Shown here piece by piece: positions 60,721 through 64,000 of a DNA stretch of 64,000 bases. Source of the stretch: Microbotryum violaceum. Lineage: Eukaryota. The stretch covers positions 434,001 to 498,000 of the forward strand of contig CDLV01000009.1 of assembly GCA_001244265.2 (NCBI GenBank), written 5' to 3'. How positions within the stretch are numbered: the first letter of the stretch is position 1; each line of letters begins with the position of its first letter. The notes beneath the pieces were generated by a model. The model was not told the origin of the DNA, ran no database searches, and saw nothing but the letters and a program-made list of their open reading frames with translations. The position numbers and the translations under genes were made by a program.

Positions 60721-63700
60721 TCACCCCATCTCGACATCGGATTCACTCGGTGTCGCACTCCCCGGCGTCAGAGCCCCAGCACCACCATCCATCATGCCCC
60801 TCCCATCATCCTCATCCACTCCCCGATAATTCCCCCTCGTCAACGTCGCGCCCCGTGGTCTCGACCTCGTCGAAGGCGATGTCAAACTCACGTTCCCCAT
60901 CCCTTCATCCGCACTCGTCGAAGCCCTATTCATCGACGAGATGTCCAACCCCCTCAATCGATCCTGTTGCACCAAAGAAGAGTTCGACGTCGAAACTTGG
61001 GTCCGATCGCGTCCTCCATTCGTAGCCATCATCGAAGGACCTGCCGAACCCGCTCGGGTGAGGTTCGATGAACCAGCATGGAGGTACGAGCCCGTATTAC
61101 GGGACGCATCCCATGCCCATGCACCAATTTGAGCTCGATCAGGCGCACCGTTGTTGTTCGATGTCGAGGATAGAAGCGAATTCGCTCCATGAGGTGGCGT
61201 CGATGACGGTCGGCCGAGGAAAGCTTGGCCATTCATCATCATTGGGTGGGGTACTCCCCCTGCCGGCTGGGCGCCATTACTGCGCTGGGTTGAACCGTTT
61301 CGAGGTGGGATGGGTCCGACGTGAAAGGGCGGGGCGGGATGCAGTTGAAGTTGTTGAAGCTGTAGTGGCATCTGACCCGGCTGGGGCTGGTAATGCTGAT
61401 GTGGTTGCTGCAGGCGCTGCTGCTGATAGATATTAGGCAGCTGTTGCTGTTGCTGCTGTTGCTGCTGCTGTTGTTGTTGCTGCAATAGCCGAGCTTGTCG
61501 AGCAGCCGGGTTATGAGGTGGTATCTGCAAAGACCCAGGATTGAAAGCTATCCTCCTCGGCGCCGCCGCTTGAGCCCTCGGCATCCCAGCACCACCCGCA
61601 TTTCCAGGAGCTCCGACATTCATCCCCTGCCCATCATTAACGTGGGTCCCGTTTGTGAGGCCTTGATTCCAGACGGCGGCGGCCGCTTCTAATTCCATGT
61701 CGGCATGCATGTTGCGCAAGAATCGCCGGAGCTCGTGCACGCCTTTACCGGAGTAGACGCAGAAGGTGGTTCGTTGGTGCGAATTGAAAGTCTGCAGATG
61801 AAGAAAGTGCACCAAGAAAACCGTAAGAATCTGCTCTCCTAACTACCGTGGGAGGTCCCTCGTCACACTCACACTAGGAGGCATCCTGCACCAAGTCTGC
61901 AAATCCGCCCTTCGGAACGACGGCACGCCCGTCAAACTGAGATGGGTCAACCTCGGCAAACAGGACAACAGGTGGTGGATCGCCAACACGCTCAGATTCT
62001 CGCAGTAAGACAGATGGATCCGTTCGAGCGAGGTGCGTTGCAAGAGCGCTTGAATGCCTTCGTCGGTGATGTTCGCGACTCGGACGAGACCGATGCGTTT
62101 GAGGCGAGGGAGGTTCGTTGCGAGCTCAAAGACGGACAGGTCCGTCAACCGTGTGCAGCATGCCAGATCAATATATCGCAGTCGAGTGCACGACCGGGCC
62201 AAGGCGGTGACGGCGACGTCGGTGATGTTGGACACGTGACCGAGGTGGAGGTAGTGGAGGTGCTTGCCCAGCAGACTGATCGAATGAATGGCATCGTCGG
62301 TCAATCGACTGCACTTGGCGAGGATGAGGTTCCGGATGCGCGGCATATACTTGACGATCCCGGCAACCGCATCGTCGGTCAGCTGGGCAACACTGGTGAG
62401 GTCGAGGTATCGCAGATGTTCGAACGGCTTGAGGCGGGGCGAAGCATCTATCGGTAACGGCCGAGGTATGAGCGAGCCGTCCATGGCGACCAGGGGCGGT
62501 AAAGGAGAGGTCGATCGATCGGGGTCCTCGGGCATGTTGTACTCGCGCGTCGAGCCGAGCGAATGGATCATCGAGCTGGACGGGAAAGCATCCTCCGTGA
62601 TCTCGGCACACCCCTGCAGAGAAAGTTCACGTAGAGCGGGTGAAGTTCGGAATATTTGAAGTAATGAAAGCGACGTGAGTCTCGTGCAAGCAATGAGATC
62701 GACTTCGAGCAAGAGCGGACAGTTGATCGAGAGCAGAATGACCGAGCTGTCCGAAATGAGCGAAACCTGTCGCAGCTTAATCTGTCCATTATCAACCAGA
62801 AAGCAGATTGATGAGCCCAACCAGTTCTCGGCGTCCCGTTCGGGAAGAAACTGAACGTACCCTTCTGAGCGACTTGCACCGTTTCGCGATCGTCTCCATC
62901 CCGAGATCCGTCACCTCCTTGCACCCGCTTAGATTCAACCCCTGCAGCTTCGGACTGCTCTTCGCGATCGTCTGGCACACCGCGTCATTTACTTCAACGA
63001 CGTCACTCAAGTCCAACGCCGCCAGCCTCGTGCAATTGCTCAACAACGCGATCAAGCTCTCGGGTCCGAGCGTTCGGCATCCAGCTAGCGTAAGTCGCTC
63101 CAACCGTACGCACGGCAGCAATTTGCGCAACACCTTGTCCGTCATCTCCTCGTGTAGAGTCGAAAAATTGAGTCGCCGGATAAAGGTCGGGTATGGGAAT
63201 GTCTGGTCGGGCGAGTGGATGACCTGCAGCATCCCCGAGAGCGACGGTAACGAGGTGAACGAAGGTTTGTGCCATAGCAACTCGACACCGCACTGGCACC
63301 AGGCTTTGCACACGAGCAGGGCCGGAGACAGTGATGCAGCCGGTAGGAGGCGTAAAATGTGGAGCAGGATCTCGTGCGGAAGAGAGGAAGCGGGGATCGG
63401 CGCAGTCGTCGTAAGTGGGGCCGCTTCAGACGAGATGGTGACGGGTGCGCTCGAGGTCAAGACGGTCGGGTGCGAGATAGGTGCATAGCTCATCGTCGAC
63501 AGTGGTGAAGGACCATGACTACCCTGATTGAACGGCCACGGTGTGGACAGCGAGTTGGGTCGAGGTGTCGCGACAGCAGGGGAAGTGATGGCCAAGGAGA
63601 GGGACGAGCTATTGCCGCCGGCCTGATCGTCGTCGAGAAAGTCCGAGTCGTCGGCCGATTCCTCCTCGACGTCGGGATCGGCATCGCGGTCGCGGTCGCG

Positions 63701-63865
63701 TTCTTGTTCTTCGGATTCGAGCGAGGAGTTTCCTTCGTGCATGACCATGTCGCGGTCCGAGATGAGGCCCGAGCTCGAAGCGATCGAAGGCGAGCGGGAG
63801 GTTTGGGACTCGAGCGTGTGGGCGCTCGTGCTGGCCAACCCGAGGCTGTTTCCGTTGGAGACCAT
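60721..63865 (-). CDS. GRR1: F-box/LRR protein, SCF substrate adaptor Grr1
   Basis: F-box LPHEILLHILRLL...CKAWCQCGVELLWHKP, FIRRLNF, RLERLTLAGC, LRR array (IRNLILAKC, LHYLHLGH, LRYIDLACC, LKRIGLVRV, LTHLSLTGV), HQRTTFCVYSGKGV. Confidence 0.92.
61441..61482 (-). repeat. CAG/CAA poly-Gln tract in GRR1 C-terminus
   Basis: 14 consecutive Gln codons. Confidence 0.9.
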
Positions 63866-64000
63866 GGTGGTCGTAGTGTTGGGATCGAATAAAAGTCTAA
63901 AGAGAGGGTGGAAATAGAGTACGTCAGCTTGAAAGCCGTGGTTGAGTCATCCACGTAGGCGAGCGAACGAAAAATTGGTCTGACGGCGTTGACAGGAGCG

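Overview
Eukaryotic, intron-containing DNA from a basidiomycete fungus (Pucciniomycotina/Microbotryum-like is my inference from gene style and TE content). Ordinary single-copy genes flank the window. On the left are a Zn2Cys6 transcription factor and an RGS/Rax1-like membrane protein; on the right are SGT1/ecdysoneless, NOP14 and GRR1. The middle ~45 kb is a rearranged locus. A ~5.7-kb host cassette holding a divergent gene pair (alpha/beta-hydrolase <- -> GPI-type copper radical/glyoxal oxidase, AA5_1) occurs three times in tandem with a period of ~11.46 kb. The copies are separated by a ~5.8-kb composite Helitron spacer whose 3' terminus (hairpin + CTGG) is exactly the duplication breakpoint. 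In the first copy the shared promoter is split by a ~16-kb patchwork of truncated TEs: a CACTA-type transposase, a CATAG-TIR element carrying a mitochondrial nad5 fragment, a Helitron2-type ORF, and a Ty1/copia with a MITE in gag. The Helitron family in the spacer has an unusual recurring 5' terminus (TACCCTAACTAGT-A9) and a head-to-head miniature derivative that creates a ~246-bp palindrome. Many single-base indels fall in homopolymers, so frameshifts and copy number need read-level confirmation. Exon boundaries were read by eye.
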